The position numbers and the translations under genes are program-made. Positions 10,742 to 21,030 of a DNA stretch of 64,000 nucleotides are shown one piece after another. The DNA is from Desulfosoma sp. (GTDB taxonomy: Bacteria > Desulfobacterota > Syntrophobacteria > Syntrophobacterales > DSM-9756): positions 32,001 to 96,000 of the forward strand of contig JBBFKW010000016.1 in the NCBI GenBank assembly GCA_037481835.1, read 5' to 3'. How positions within the stretch are numbered: the stretch's first letter is position 1; every line of letters begins with the position of its first letter. The notes under the pieces are model-generated. The model did no database searches. It was given only the letters and a program-made list of their open reading frames with translations, and was not told the DNA's origin.

Positions 10742-12156
10742 CGCCTCGGTGGTCGGAACGGTTGAAGGTCTTCCTCTTTGACAGGGCCCGAAGCCCGGAA
10801 GGGACCCTCAGGGAAAAAGCGCGCTTTTTCGGCCGGGTCCTCTATCTCAGCGTGTGGAAGTTCAACCGGGACTTCTGTTTCGATCGAGCCGCCAGCCTGG
10901 CTTTCGCCACCATCCTGTCCCTGATTCCTTTTGCGGTCCTTTTCTTCAGTTTCGTGGGGCTCCTTGGCGGCGGAGAGAAGATTATTCACTTCGTGCAGCA
11001 AAAAATCCTCCCGGCCGTAGTCCCCGAATTCCAAGAGCAGGTGGTGGAATGGCTGGAGCGCTACATTTCCCCGACGGTCTTCAAGGCCGGCCCGGCAGGC
11101 CTCATCAACCTGGCGGCTTTGTTGGGCTTGGTCATGGGGGCGCTCAACATTCTCATCACCGCGGAAAGGGTCTTCAACCATATCTGGCGGGTCAAGGGAA
11201 CCCGGCATTATTTCCAGAAGGTCACGGCCTTCTGGGTTTTGCTCACCTCAAGCCCTTTCGTGATCGTGGCTTCCATGTGGGTGGGCAACGTCCTGGTGCC
11301 CCAGGGGGGCGCCGTGGAATCCTTTCTGCGGCGTCACTGGCTGGCGCAGGGCCTCTACGTGCTTGTCGCGCCGGTCCTGGTGGAAACCGTCTGCTTTGCT
11401 TTGATCTACCTCTTTTTGCCGTCGGCCCGGGTGCGTCTGAGAAACGCCGTCATCGCGGGATTGTGCGCCGCGCTCCTTTGGGAACTGTCCAAGAAGGGCT
11501 TTTACCTTTACGTGAGCCGAGCCGGGGAGGTGACCAACTTCTATCGTCAGCTGGCCGCCGTGCCCCTTTTTTTCCTCTGGCTCTTTCTCACTTGGATCAT
11601 CGTGTTGTGGGGCGGCCAGATAAGCTATGCTTTGCAAAACGCCCAATCCCTGACCCTGGAGCAACAAAAGGGGGTGAATATCCATCGGTTTTCCCTGGCA
11701 TCGTTGGGACTTTTTCTTCTCTTTCGCGTCTACGGCGATTTCTTGGAAGGACGACCGTCGCCGGACCTTGACAGGCTTGCCGACGAACTGGGCGTGCCCC
11801 AGGACCTGCTTGCGGACATTGCGGACTTCTTGGGGGATCGAAGCGTCCTCGTGGAAGACGCGCGCCACCCCGGTCGATACACCCTGGGGCGACATCCGTC
11901 CCGCATTGTCCTCGGTGAAGTGGTCCGGGGGCTCTATGAAAAGGAGTTTCCCGGAGAGACGCCCTTCTTGAGGCCGGAGGGTTTTTCGGGAAGGGACGGT
12001 TCGGCAGCGGATCGCGGCTTTCCCAACCCGGCGCACATCCTTTTGGAGGCGGCTCTTAGGGGCTATTTTGCCGCCTTCGAGGGAAAAAGCCTGGAAGCGG
12101 CCTGGGCGGAAGCTTCAGCGAGCCGAAGCGTTTTTTCTGCCGAGGGGAGCGTCTGA
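10738..12156 (+). CDS. YihY/BrkB family membrane protein with C-terminal wHTH-like extension
   Basis: AASLAFATILSLIP, FNHIWRV, LAAVPLFFLWLFLTWIIVLWG, multiple TM segments. Confidence 0.85.
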   Translation: MTPRWSERLKVFLFDRARSPEGTLREKARFFGRVLYLSVWKFNRDFCFDRAASLAFATILSLIPFAVLFFSFVGLLGGGEKIIHFVQQKILPAVVPEFQEQVVEWLERYISPTVFKAGPAGLINLAALLGLVMGALNILITAERVFNHIWRVKGTRHYFQKVTAFWVLLTSSPFVIVASMWVGNVLVPQGGAVESFLRRHWLAQGLYVLVAPVLVETVCFALIYLFLPSARVRLRNAVIAGLCAALLWELSKKGFYLYVSRAGEVTNFYRQLAAVPLFFLWLFLTWIIVLWGGQISYALQNAQSLTLEQQKGVNIHRFSLASLGLFLLFRVYGDFLEGRPSPDLDRLADELGVPQDLLADIADFLGDRSVLVEDARHPGRYTLGRHPSRIVLGEVVRGLYEKEFPGETPFLRPEGFSGRDGSAADRGFPNPAHILLEAALRGYFAAFEGKSLEAAWAEASASRSVFSAEGSV

Positions 12157-12399
12157 TCAAAGCCCTTGCTCTTGCAAACCCTTTCCAGTTTATATCAAAG
12201 TCGCGGTCGGGATCCGGGAGGGCGGGACTTTCATGGTTCGTTGTCTCGCCGCGCGCGATGGGGGTTATCGTAAAAAGGTACAATGCGGCCCCGGCCATGA
12301 GCCACAATCGTGAGGGCCGCTCATCTAGGGACAGGGGGTCGGATTCGCATGAGCAGGTTTGACGACATGCCGCCGTCATCGGCCGCTTTCGAGGAGTCG

Positions 12400-13596
12400 A
12401 TGACGGACGGGGATGTCTTGACGGACAGGGACGAAAACCTTTCGGACCGACGGTCCTGGTTTCAGCGATGTCGCCGCCTTGTGGTGAAGGTGGGCAGCGC
12501 CGTGCTCACCACCCCGAGGGGCTTGGATCGGGTCATGATTCATCGGCTGAGCGATCAGCTGGCGGCCCTGAAGGAGCGCGGCCATGAGGTTCTCATCGTC
12601 TCTTCCGGGGCGGTGGCTTCGGGGATGCGTAAAGTAGGCCTGAAGGAAAAACCGCGGACCATCCCCCAGAAACAGGCCACGGCCGCCATCGGCCAGACCT
12701 TCCTCATGAACGCCTGGGAAGAAGCCTTTGACAAATTCGACCTTCTCACCGCCCAGATTCTTCTCACCCACGAGGATCTGGCCCATCGGCATCGGTATCT
12801 CAATGCGCGAAACACGCTGGAAACCCTCCTGGACTGGAACATCATCCCGGTGATCAATGAAAACGACACCGTCGTCGTCGAGGAAATCAAGTTCGGCGAC
12901 AACGACCAGCTCTCGGCCCTCATTGCAGGCCTGGTGGCCGCGGACCTGGTGGTGATCCTCACGGACACGGAAGGGCTCTACGACTGCGACCCCAGAACCC
13001 ATGACCATGCCCGGCTCATCCGGGTCGTCCACGGATTCAGCCCCAAGCTCATGGCCTGCGCCACGCCGCAACCCGGTACCGTGGGCACCGGGGGGATGCT
13101 GAGCAAGCTTCAGGCGGCCAAGAAGTGCCTTGCTTCGGGAATTCCCATGGTCATCGGCCCCGGGCGGGAAAAGGACATTCTGCTGCGGCTTTTCGATGGC
13201 GAACCGCTGGGGACCGTGTTCCTCCCCAAGAGGCGCCTGTATCACGGCAAGAAGATCTGGCTGGCCAATTTGACCAAACCTGCCGGAGAGCTGGTCCTGG
13301 ACCAAGGGGCGGTGAGGGCGCTGCAGAAGGCGGGAAAATCCCTGCTGCCCATCGGGGTGCGCGAAGTGCGCGGCACGTTCGGCGTGGGCGCCCCCGTTCG
13401 GTGCGTCGATGAAAAGGGAACGGTCATCGGCGTGGGACTCACCAACTATCGGTCCGGAGAAATTGAGCGGATCAAGGGCCACCACACCGAGGAGATCGAA
13501 GGGCTCCTGGGGTACAAGCATTCGGACGAAGTGATCCACCGAAACAATTTCGTTTTGGCGGAACCGGCCGGCGCCGTCGAGGCGGACGGCGTCTAG
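12400..13596 (+). CDS. proB: Glutamate 5-kinase with PUA domain (start uncertain)
   Basis: VVKVGSAVL, SSGAV, INENDTV, FGDND, GTGGM, SLLPIG. Confidence 0.95.
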   Translation: MTDGDVLTDRDENLSDRRSWFQRCRRLVVKVGSAVLTTPRGLDRVMIHRLSDQLAALKERGHEVLIVSSGAVASGMRKVGLKEKPRTIPQKQATAAIGQTFLMNAWEEAFDKFDLLTAQILLTHEDLAHRHRYLNARNTLETLLDWNIIPVINENDTVVVEEIKFGDNDQLSALIAGLVAADLVVILTDTEGLYDCDPRTHDHARLIRVVHGFSPKLMACATPQPGTVGTGGMLSKLQAAKKCLASGIPMVIGPGREKDILLRLFDGEPLGTVFLPKRRLYHGKKIWLANLTKPAGELVLDQGAVRALQKAGKSLLPIGVREVRGTFGVGAPVRCVDEKGTVIGVGLTNYRSGEIERIKGHHTEEIEGLLGYKHSDEVIHRNNFVLAEPAGAVEADGV

Positions 13597-13852
13597 GAAG
13601 GGAAAAGCCCGTCTCGACGATCCCACGGGATTCCGCACCCAGCGGGCAAGGGCCAATCCACCATCTCCAAGAACCTCGTGACAGGGAATTGGAGGAGCGG
13701 ACACTCAATGCGGTGCGGGCGGAAAGTCTTCGTGCCTGTGGGGGCGGCTGGAAACCGTGCGGGGCGGGTTTTGATGGGTTTTGAGGGGCGGAGGTGCGGG
13801 TCCGCCCTCAGATGCGTTTCAAAGGCATGACACAGGGGCTGGAGGAGAACCT

Positions 13853-15109
13853 ATGGGCTATCGGGAAGCCATGACGGCCATGGGCCGGCGCGCCCGTGAG
13901 GCGGCACACCTCATGGCCAAGGCCGGAATGACGGTCAAGGAAGTCTTTTTGGAAAAAACGGCCGATCGGATTCTCGCCGAACAGGAGCGAATCGCCCAAG
14001 CCAACGCCCTGGACATCGCCGCGGCGGAAGCCAAGGGCCTGCCCAAGGCCAAGGTGGATCGGCTCCGCCTGACGGACAAGGTGATCAAGGAAATGACGGA
14101 CGGTCTTCGCCAAGTGGCGCGGCTGCCGGATCCCGTGGGGCAGATCACGGGCATGTGGACCCGGCCCAACGGGCTGCGCGTGGGCCGCATGCGCATCCCC
14201 TTGGGGGTTGTGGGGATCATCTACGAATCGCGCCCCAACGTGACCGTGGATGCTGCGGGCTTGTGCATCAAGGCCGGAAACGCCGTGATCCTTCGGGGCG
14301 GCTCGGAAGCCTTTCATTCCAACCGATGCCTGGCGCAGATCCTCCAAGAAAGCCTCGTGGAATCCGGACTGCCCGAAGCGGCCGTCCAGGTGGTGGAGAC
14401 GACGGATCGGGAGGCGGTTTTGGAGCTGCTGCAGTTGGAAGACTACATCGACGTCATGATCCCCCGGGGAGGCGAAGAGCTCATCCGGTTTGTGGCCCAA
14501 AACGCCCGCATGCCGGTTCTCAAACACTACAAGGGCGTCTGCCACATTTACGTGGACGAGCGGGTGGATCTGGACATGGCCGAACGGGTGTGCCTGAACG
14601 CCAAGGTGCAACGGCCCGGGGTGTGCAACGCCATGGAAACCCTTCTCGTCCATCGAGGCATCGCCCCTGTGTTCCTGCCACGCATGGCCGAAGCCTTTCG
14701 CCGGCACGGCGTGGAACTTCGCGGATGCCCGGAAACCTGCCGCCTTGTTCCGGAATGCCGGCCGGCTACAGAGGAGGATTGGGGGGCGGAATACCTGGAC
14801 CTCATTTTGGCCGTGAAGGTCGTCCCTTCCATGGATGACGCCATCGAACACATCACCCGGTACGGATCCAGCCATACGGAGGCCATCTTGACGGAAGATT
14901 TTCAGCAGGCCATGCGCTTTATCCAGGAAGTGCAATCCAGCCTCGTGCTCGTCAATGCCTCCACTCGGTTCAACGACGGGTACCAATTGGGATTGGGGGC
15001 GGAAATCGGCATCTCCACGTCCCGGCTTCACGCCTTCGGGCCCATGGGTGTGGAGGAGCTGACGACCACCAAGTTCATCGCCTTCGGCACAGGCCAGTTG
15101 AGGCAATAG
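13853..15109 (+). CDS. proA: Gamma-glutamyl phosphate reductase
   Basis: [44 protein letters not shown]. Confidence 0.97.
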   Translation: MGYREAMTAMGRRAREAAHLMAKAGMTVKEVFLEKTADRILAEQERIAQANALDIAAAEAKGLPKAKVDRLRLTDKVIKEMTDGLRQVARLPDPVGQITGMWTRPNGLRVGRMRIPLGVVGIIYESRPNVTVDAAGLCIKAGNAVILRGGSEAFHSNRCLAQILQESLVESGLPEAAVQVVETTDREAVLELLQLEDYIDVMIPRGGEELIRFVAQNARMPVLKHYKGVCHIYVDERVDLDMAERVCLNAKVQRPGVCNAMETLLVHRGIAPVFLPRMAEAFRRHGVELRGCPETCRLVPECRPATEEDWGAEYLDLILAVKVVPSMDDAIEHITRYGSSHTEAILTEDFQQAMRFIQEVQSSLVLVNASTRFNDGYQLGLGAEIGISTSRLHAFGPMGVEELTTTKFIAFGTGQLRQ

Positions 15110-15133
15110 GGGGCGGAGGAAAACGGGACGGTC

Positions 15134-15823
15134 ATGACCGGGCATACACCACGGCGCATCGGGATCTTGGGCGGGACGTTCAATCCGGTCCATGTGGGCC
15201 ATCTGCGCATGGCCGAAGAGGCCGTGGAAGCTCTGGGCCTGGACGTCTGCCTGTTCATCCCGGCTTGGGCGCCGCCTCACAAGAGCGACCCGAAGATGGC
15301 GCCTTTCGAGCACCGGTGGCGAATGTTGGAACTGGCCACGGCGGGGCACCCGCACTTTCACTTATCCGACCTGGAAAAGCGCTTGGAAGGGACATCCTAC
15401 ACGGTGCGCACGCTTCGGGCCCTGGCAGAGGAATTGCCTCCGGAAACCGTGCTGTTCCTCTTGGTGGGGACGGATGCCTTTTTCGAAATGCCCACGTGGT
15501 GGCGGTATCGCGAGATTTTCCGGAGAGCTTCGGTGGCTGTTTTGGAAAGACCGGGAACAGAGGAAGAAAATCCCTTGGCCTTCCTGCGCCGACATGTTTC
15601 GGCGGACTACGACGAGGACCCTGGGGCCGTGGGCGACGACCCGTGGATCCTTCGCACGTGTTACCGTGCGCCGGCGGATCTTCCGGTGGTTTTTCTGCAC
15701 ACGACCCGACTGGATATCGCCTCGTCGCGCATCCGGGCCCTCACCGCTGCGGGAAAATCCGTTCGGTTTCTGGTCCCCGATGCGGTGATGGATTATATTA
15801 ACGAAAAAGGTCTGTATCGGTGA
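15134..15823 (+). CDS. nadD: Nicotinate-nucleotide adenylyltransferase
   Basis: GGTFNPVHVGH, PPHK, SYT, IASSRIR. Confidence 0.95.
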   Translation: MTGHTPRRIGILGGTFNPVHVGHLRMAEEAVEALGLDVCLFIPAWAPPHKSDPKMAPFEHRWRMLELATAGHPHFHLSDLEKRLEGTSYTVRTLRALAEELPPETVLFLLVGTDAFFEMPTWWRYREIFRRASVAVLERPGTEEENPLAFLRRHVSADYDEDPGAVGDDPWILRTCYRAPADLPVVFLHTTRLDIASSRIRALTAAGKSVRFLVPDAVMDYINEKGLYR

Positions 15824-15850
15824 GGTTTAAAAAAGCGTCTCGGAGGAAGG

Positions 15851-16267
15851 ATGGCTCATTCCGTGAAACACGTGAAAAACCCTCGAACGATCATGGATCC
15901 TTTGGCCAAGGCCCTCTCATGCGCCAAGGAAGCGGACGACCGCAAGGCTTCGGACATCGTCCTGCTGGATGTGTCCAGGATCACCACGTTGGCGGATTAT
16001 TTTCTCATCTGCAGCGGCCGATCCAGCCGTCAGGTGCAAGGCATTGCGGAAGCGGTCCAGACGCGCCTGCGGGAACTGGGCGTGCGGCCCTTGGGTGTGG
16101 AAGGGGAGCGGGAAGGCCACTGGGTCCTCATGGACTACGGGGATGTGATCGTGCACATCTTCTATGCCCCCATTCGGGAGCTCTACGACTTGGAAAGCCT
16201 GTGGTCGGACGGCACGGTGGTCTCGTTGGACGAGCATCTGGCCATGCGGCACGGTGAATCGTCATGA
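15851..16267 (+). CDS. rsfS: Ribosome silencing factor
   Basis: DYFLICSGRSSRQV, WVLMDYGDVIVHIF, YDLESLW. Follows nadD. Confidence 0.95.
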   Translation: MAHSVKHVKNPRTIMDPLAKALSCAKEADDRKASDIVLLDVSRITTLADYFLICSGRSSRQVQGIAEAVQTRLRELGVRPLGVEGEREGHWVLMDYGDVIVHIFYAPIRELYDLESLWSDGTVVSLDEHLAMRHGESS

Positions 16268-17700
16268 ACCGAACGTGGCGGGCGGCCGTCGCCGCCTTTC
16301 TGGTGCTGAGCCTCCTTGCGGGCACGGGGCCCTCGTCCCGGGCGTGGGCTCTGGATCTGGAAGAGGAAAAGGAACTGGGCCGAAAGATGCTGCAGACGGT
16401 CCGGGAACACTTCCGCCTCATCGAAGATCCCGAGGTGGCCGGATACGTCCAAGGCATCGGCAAGAGGGTCGTTCGGGCCCTGGGGCCGGCCCATTACGAC
16501 TATGCCTTTTTTGTGATCGACGACGCCACACCCAACGCTTTCGCCATTCCCGGCGGCTATGTGTTCGTCTTTCGCGGGCTCATGGAACTCATGGACTCCG
16601 AAGCCGAACTGGCCGGCATCTTGAGCCATGAGTTGGCCCATGTGCAGGCGCGCCACATTCACAAGCAGCTGGAAAAAGGGCGAATGCTCAGTATCGCCGC
16701 CATCGTGGGAACCCTTGCGGGGGCTTTTCTCGGGCTGGATGGTGCGGCCGCCCAGGCCCTGGCGGTGGGGAGCATGGCGGGAGCCCGAAGCCTGCAGCTG
16801 AAATACAGCCGGGAAAACGAAGAGGAAGCGGACCGCTTGGGCTTTCAATATCTCACCTCGGCGGGCTATGACCCTCACGCCATGGTCACGGTCATGCAGA
16901 AGATGCGGCGCATGAACTGGCAAAGCGACAGCCGCGTGCCGTCTTACCTACTGACCCACCCGGCTTTGGGGGAACGGGTGGGATACTTGGAACAGCTCGT
17001 GGAACACGGCGGGACAGGCGGTTCCGGGCGGGCTTTTCGCGATTCCGTGGGGGATTACCCTTTCATGCAGGCCGTCTTGATGAGTCGCCACACGGATTTC
17101 GATGCGGCGCAGAACCGCTTTACCGGGTGGTTGCAGGATCCCGCGCGAAAGGCGGCCGCTCTCTACGGCCTCGGGCGGTTGGAGTTGCAAAAGGGGCGCC
17201 TCGAAGACGCCTTGGCCCATTTACGCCAAGCGGCGATCCTCAAGCCCGCAAGCCCGCTGGTCTTGAACAGTTTGGGCGAAGCCTACCAGCGCCTGGGCCG
17301 GTTGGACGAGGCGGAAAAAGCCCTGCGCTCGGCCCTGATGATGGACGACGAATCGCCTATGGTGCACCTCAGGCTCGGCCTGGTTTACCAGGACGAGAAT
17401 CGATGGCAGGAGGCCCTGCAGCATCTCAAGAGAGCCGAAGGGCTGTCGCCGCTCAACGCCGAGCTGGACTACCACCTGGGGGTCCTTTACGGGCGCATGC
17501 AGGATCTGGGGCCCGCTCACTACCACCTGGGCCGATACGCCATGCGAAAGGGCGATCCCCAGTTGGTGGCCTTTCACCTGGAAAAGGCCAAATCCTTTCT
17601 TGCCCCCTCCGACGACCGGATCAAAGAATTGGAACGGTGGCTCAAAGAAGCCAAGAAGACCCCTCGGGACAGCCGACGGCAAGTGCTTGACGGTTTTTGA
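16264..17700 (+). CDS. M48 family metalloprotease with TPR repeats (BepA/YfgC-like)
   Basis: Signal peptide, NAFAIPGG, HELAH, YSRENEEEAD, THP, TPRs. Confidence 0.9.
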   Translation: MNRTWRAAVAAFLVLSLLAGTGPSSRAWALDLEEEKELGRKMLQTVREHFRLIEDPEVAGYVQGIGKRVVRALGPAHYDYAFFVIDDATPNAFAIPGGYVFVFRGLMELMDSEAELAGILSHELAHVQARHIHKQLEKGRMLSIAAIVGTLAGAFLGLDGAAAQALAVGSMAGARSLQLKYSRENEEEADRLGFQYLTSAGYDPHAMVTVMQKMRRMNWQSDSRVPSYLLTHPALGERVGYLEQLVEHGGTGGSGRAFRDSVGDYPFMQAVLMSRHTDFDAAQNRFTGWLQDPARKAAALYGLGRLELQKGRLEDALAHLRQAAILKPASPLVLNSLGEAYQRLGRLDEAEKALRSALMMDDESPMVHLRLGLVYQDENRWQEALQHLKRAEGLSPLNAELDYHLGVLYGRMQDLGPAHYHLGRYAMRKGDPQLVAFHLEKAKSFLAPSDDRIKELERWLKEAKKTPRDSRRQVLDGF

Positions 17701-17798
17701 AAAGCAGTGTTACACATGCAGCTTACACGTGAGGGGCCGTTGGAGGACCAATCCAGTGTCGACCCGAGGTGCGGGCCTGGGGTTTTGAGGAGGGATCC

Positions 17799-19382
17799 AT
17801 GAAAATCCTTGTGAGCGACAATCTGTCCGAGTCGGGAATAGAAAAACTCAAGGCCGTTCCCGGCTTTGAAGTGGAAGTGAACACGAGTCTCACCCATGAG
17901 GAGCTGTGCAAGATCATCAAGGAATACGACGCCCTGGTGATCCGCAGCGCCACCAAGGTGACGCGCGACGTCATCGAAGCCGCCGACAACCTCAAGGTGA
18001 TCGGCCGGGCGGGGATCGGGCTGGACAACGTGGACATTCCCGCCGCCACCAAGCGCGGCATCGTCGTGATGAACACGCCGGAAGGCAACGTGATCACCAC
18101 GGCCGAACACACCATCGCCATGCTCATGGCGCTCAGCCGCAACATTCCCCAAGCCAACACGTCCATGAAGGAAGGCAAGTGGGAGAAGAAGAAGTTTCGA
18201 GGCAAGGAAGTGTTCAACAAGACCCTGGGCGTGGTGGGCATCGGCCGCATCGGCCGGGTCGTGGCCGATCGAGCCAAGGGATTGAAGATGAACGTCATTG
18301 CCTACGACCCCTACATCAATGAGGAAACCATTCGAAAGCTCGGGGTCGAGGCGGTGAGCTTCGACGAGCTGCTGGCGCGGGCCGACTACATCACCGTCCA
18401 TACGCCCATGACCCAGGAGACCCGCAATCTCATCAACAAAGAGGCGTTCAGCAAGATGAAGCGCGGCGTCTTCATCATCAACTGCGCCCGCGGCGGGATC
18501 GTCAACGAAAAGGATCTCTACGACGCCATTCAAGAGGGGATCGTGGCGGGAGCGGCTTTGGACGTGTTCGCCGAAGAGCCGCCCAAGAACAACCCCTTGC
18601 TGGAGCTCGACAAGGTCATCGCGACGCCCCACTTGGGGGCCTCCACGGACGAGGCCCAGGAAAACGTGGCCCTGGCGGTGGCCGACCAGGTCATTGATTT
18701 CCTGCTGAACGGCACCATTCGCAACGCCGTCAACGCCCCTTCCATCGATGGGGAGCTTTTGGCCACCATGCGGCCGTATCTAGAACTTTCCGAAAAACTG
18801 GGGAGCCTGGTCCAGCAGATCACGCCGGGGGCGCCGCAACAAATCTCCATCGAATACGTGGGCGACGTGTGCCAGCTCAGAGACACCAAGCCCTTGACCA
18901 TTTCCGTTCTGAAAGGAATTCTCACGCCCATGCTGGGCGAACAGGTCAATTTCGTCAACGCCCCCATTCATGCCAAGGAACGCAACATCCGCGTGACGGA
19001 AAGCCTGAGGAGCGAGGCCGAAGACTTCACCAACCTCATCAGCATTTACATGAAGACGTCCCAGGACGAAAACCTGGTGGCGGGAACCATCTTCGGCAAG
19101 AAAGACGTCCGGCTGGTGCGCATCAACGACTTTAGGCTGGAAGCGGCCATGGAAGGCCACCTGGTCCTCATCTACAACATCGACACCCCGGGGACCATCG
19201 GTGCCATCGGCACGTGCCTCGGACGGCACAACATCAATATTTCCATGATGGACGTCGGCCAGGTTCTGGAACGGGGGCAAAACATCATCCTGTTGCGGAC
19301 GGACACGCCCGTGACCCCCGAAGTCGTGCAGGAACTGCTTTCGTTGGAAAACGTCAATATCGTGCAGATTCTCGAACTGTAG
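17799..19382 (+). CDS. serA: D-3-phosphoglycerate dehydrogenase
   Basis: RAGIGLDNVD, GIGRIG, NCARGG, TPHLGAST, C-terminal ACT domain. Confidence 0.97.
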   Translation: MKILVSDNLSESGIEKLKAVPGFEVEVNTSLTHEELCKIIKEYDALVIRSATKVTRDVIEAADNLKVIGRAGIGLDNVDIPAATKRGIVVMNTPEGNVITTAEHTIAMLMALSRNIPQANTSMKEGKWEKKKFRGKEVFNKTLGVVGIGRIGRVVADRAKGLKMNVIAYDPYINEETIRKLGVEAVSFDELLARADYITVHTPMTQETRNLINKEAFSKMKRGVFIINCARGGIVNEKDLYDAIQEGIVAGAALDVFAEEPPKNNPLLELDKVIATPHLGASTDEAQENVALAVADQVIDFLLNGTIRNAVNAPSIDGELLATMRPYLELSEKLGSLVQQITPGAPQQISIEYVGDVCQLRDTKPLTISVLKGILTPMLGEQVNFVNAPIHAKERNIRVTESLRSEAEDFTNLISIYMKTSQDENLVAGTIFGKKDVRLVRINDFRLEAAMEGHLVLIYNIDTPGTIGAIGTCLGRHNINISMMDVGQVLERGQNIILLRTDTPVTPEVVQELLSLENVNIVQILEL

Positions 19383-19400
19383 CCGCAGGACGGAGGGCCT

Positions 19401-19853
19401 ATGGAGGAGCAGGAAAAAAAAGGCTTTGTCGTTCGGGATCGGCGAAAGATCGTTCTAGACGATGCGGACAAGGAGGAAAAGGTTCGGGACGCCGCGGAGC
19501 CGAGCACCGAGCCGCCCCGCGCGGGAGCATCTCAGGCCTCGGGTCCCGAAAAGGCCGACCCCGGTGCGGCCCGTTGGGAAGGCGAGGCGAAGACCGCACG
19601 GCCTTACCCTCAGGTGACCTTTTCCACTTTCGTCTTTTCGCTGAGTTCTTCGGCGTTGGTCCATCTGGGCGAGGTCCCGGACCCGTCCACACAAAAGGTG
19701 GAAAAGGACCTGCCCTTGGCAAAACAGATCATCGACACCTTGGCCATGCTCCAGGAAAAGACCAAGGGCAATCTGGACAAAGACGAAGAGCAATTGCTGC
19801 AGACGGTGCTCTATGATCTGCGGCTGCGCTTCGTGAAGCAGAGCGGTTCCTAG
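19401..19853 (+). CDS. DUF1844 domain protein
   Basis: FVVRDRR, ALVHLGEVPDP, AKQIIDTLAMLQEKTKGNL. Confidence 0.85.
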   Translation: MEEQEKKGFVVRDRRKIVLDDADKEEKVRDAAEPSTEPPRAGASQASGPEKADPGAARWEGEAKTARPYPQVTFSTFVFSLSSSALVHLGEVPDPSTQKVEKDLPLAKQIIDTLAMLQEKTKGNLDKDEEQLLQTVLYDLRLRFVKQSGS

Positions 19854-19916
19854 ACCCTTCGGCGAGGCCTTCAAAGCGGTTTCTTTGTGATTCAGGATGG
19901 ATTGTGCAATGGAAGG

Positions 19917-19943
19917 AAGGGCACGGCATGCCGCCGTGCCCTT
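19917..19943. repeat. REP-like palindrome (GGGCACGG...CCGTGCCC family)
   Basis: aagggcacgg-catgccg-ccgtgccctt, 10-bp perfect stem; related to 33267-33298. Confidence 0.55.
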
Positions 19944-19981
19944 CCGGTTTCGGCCGATGCCGGCCCAGGGCGTGACGTGCC

Positions 19982-20836
19982 GTGAAAGCCGTGGTGACCG
20001 TTCCCGGAAAAATCAATTTGTGGCTGGAGGTGCTGGGCAAAAGACCCGACGGGTATCACGAGGTCTCCACGCTCATGCTTCCGGTGGCCCTCTTCGATCG
20101 CCTGGTGCTGGAACCCCAGGGCGAGGGAATCCGACTGGAATGCGCTCATCCCCTGGTTCCCGTGGATGAAAGAAACTTGATCCATCGCGCGGCGGAGGCT
20201 TTTTTCCGAAAAACGGGATGGCGGATCGGGTTGCGGGTTCGCCTGGACAAAGCCGTTCCCGTGGGGGCCGGCATGGGCGGGGGGAGCGCCGATGCGGCGG
20301 CCGTCTTGTCCTTCTTGAACGAAATGGCCCCTCGGGCCCTGCCTTTCTCCGCCCTGCACGAGCTCGCCCGAAGCCTCGGCGCCGATGTGCCTTTCTTTCT
20401 CCTGAAGCGGCCGGCCCTGGCGACGGGTGTGGGCGACGCGTTGAAGCCCATCTCGGGACTTCCCCGGTACCCGCTGGTGCTCATCAAGCCGCCCTTTGAG
20501 GTGTCCGCGGCGTGGGCTTACGGGAGTTTGAAGTTGACAAGGGGGGGGAGTCGCATTAATATCGACACGCTGTTGGCCTGCCCTCACAACCCGGCGTCAT
20601 GCTTGGAAAATGACCTGGAAGATGCGGTTTCGGCCAGGCATCCAGAGGTTGCCGCCATCAAGGGTTGGCTGCTGCGCAACGGGGCCGTAGGGGCGCTCAT
20701 GACGGGGAGCGGTCCTACGGTTTTTGGCATCTTTGAATCCATGGATCACGCCTCGGCCGTGGAAAGGGTCGCCCGGCGCGCGTGGGCGTCCTGCTGGTGC
20801 GCCGCAACCAGCACGCTTGGCGAGTCGGGGATCTGA
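19982..20836 (+). CDS. ispE: 4-diphosphocytidyl-2-C-methyl-D-erythritol kinase
   Basis: PGKINLWL, PVGAGMGGGSADAA, GADVPFF, MTGSGPTVF. Confidence 0.95.
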   Translation: MKAVVTVPGKINLWLEVLGKRPDGYHEVSTLMLPVALFDRLVLEPQGEGIRLECAHPLVPVDERNLIHRAAEAFFRKTGWRIGLRVRLDKAVPVGAGMGGGSADAAAVLSFLNEMAPRALPFSALHELARSLGADVPFFLLKRPALATGVGDALKPISGLPRYPLVLIKPPFEVSAAWAYGSLKLTRGGSRINIDTLLACPHNPASCLENDLEDAVSARHPEVAAIKGWLLRNGAVGALMTGSGPTVFGIFESMDHASAVERVARRAWASCWCAATSTLGESGI

Positions 20837-20860
20837 CGAGGCGGCGGGCGCAGGGCGTTT

Positions 20861-20935
20861 TGGGGTGTCGCCAAGGGGAAAGGCACGGGTCTTTGGAACC
20901 CGCATTCGGAGGTTCGAATCCTCCCACCCCAGCCA
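20861..20935 (+). tRNA. tRNA-Gln(TTG)
   Basis: TGGGGTG acceptor, CGGGT-CTTTGGA-ACCCG anticodon arm, GGTTCGAATCC, CCA end; canonical ispE-tRNA-prs position. Confidence 0.97.
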
Positions 20936-21030
20936 CAGGGCGCCGTGAGGTGTGCGCGAGAGGGGGGCCGGCGACAAGGCGGCCTGGGCGGTCGGCTGAA
21001 AATCGGCGCCCGTGAGACGGGTCGGGTAGG

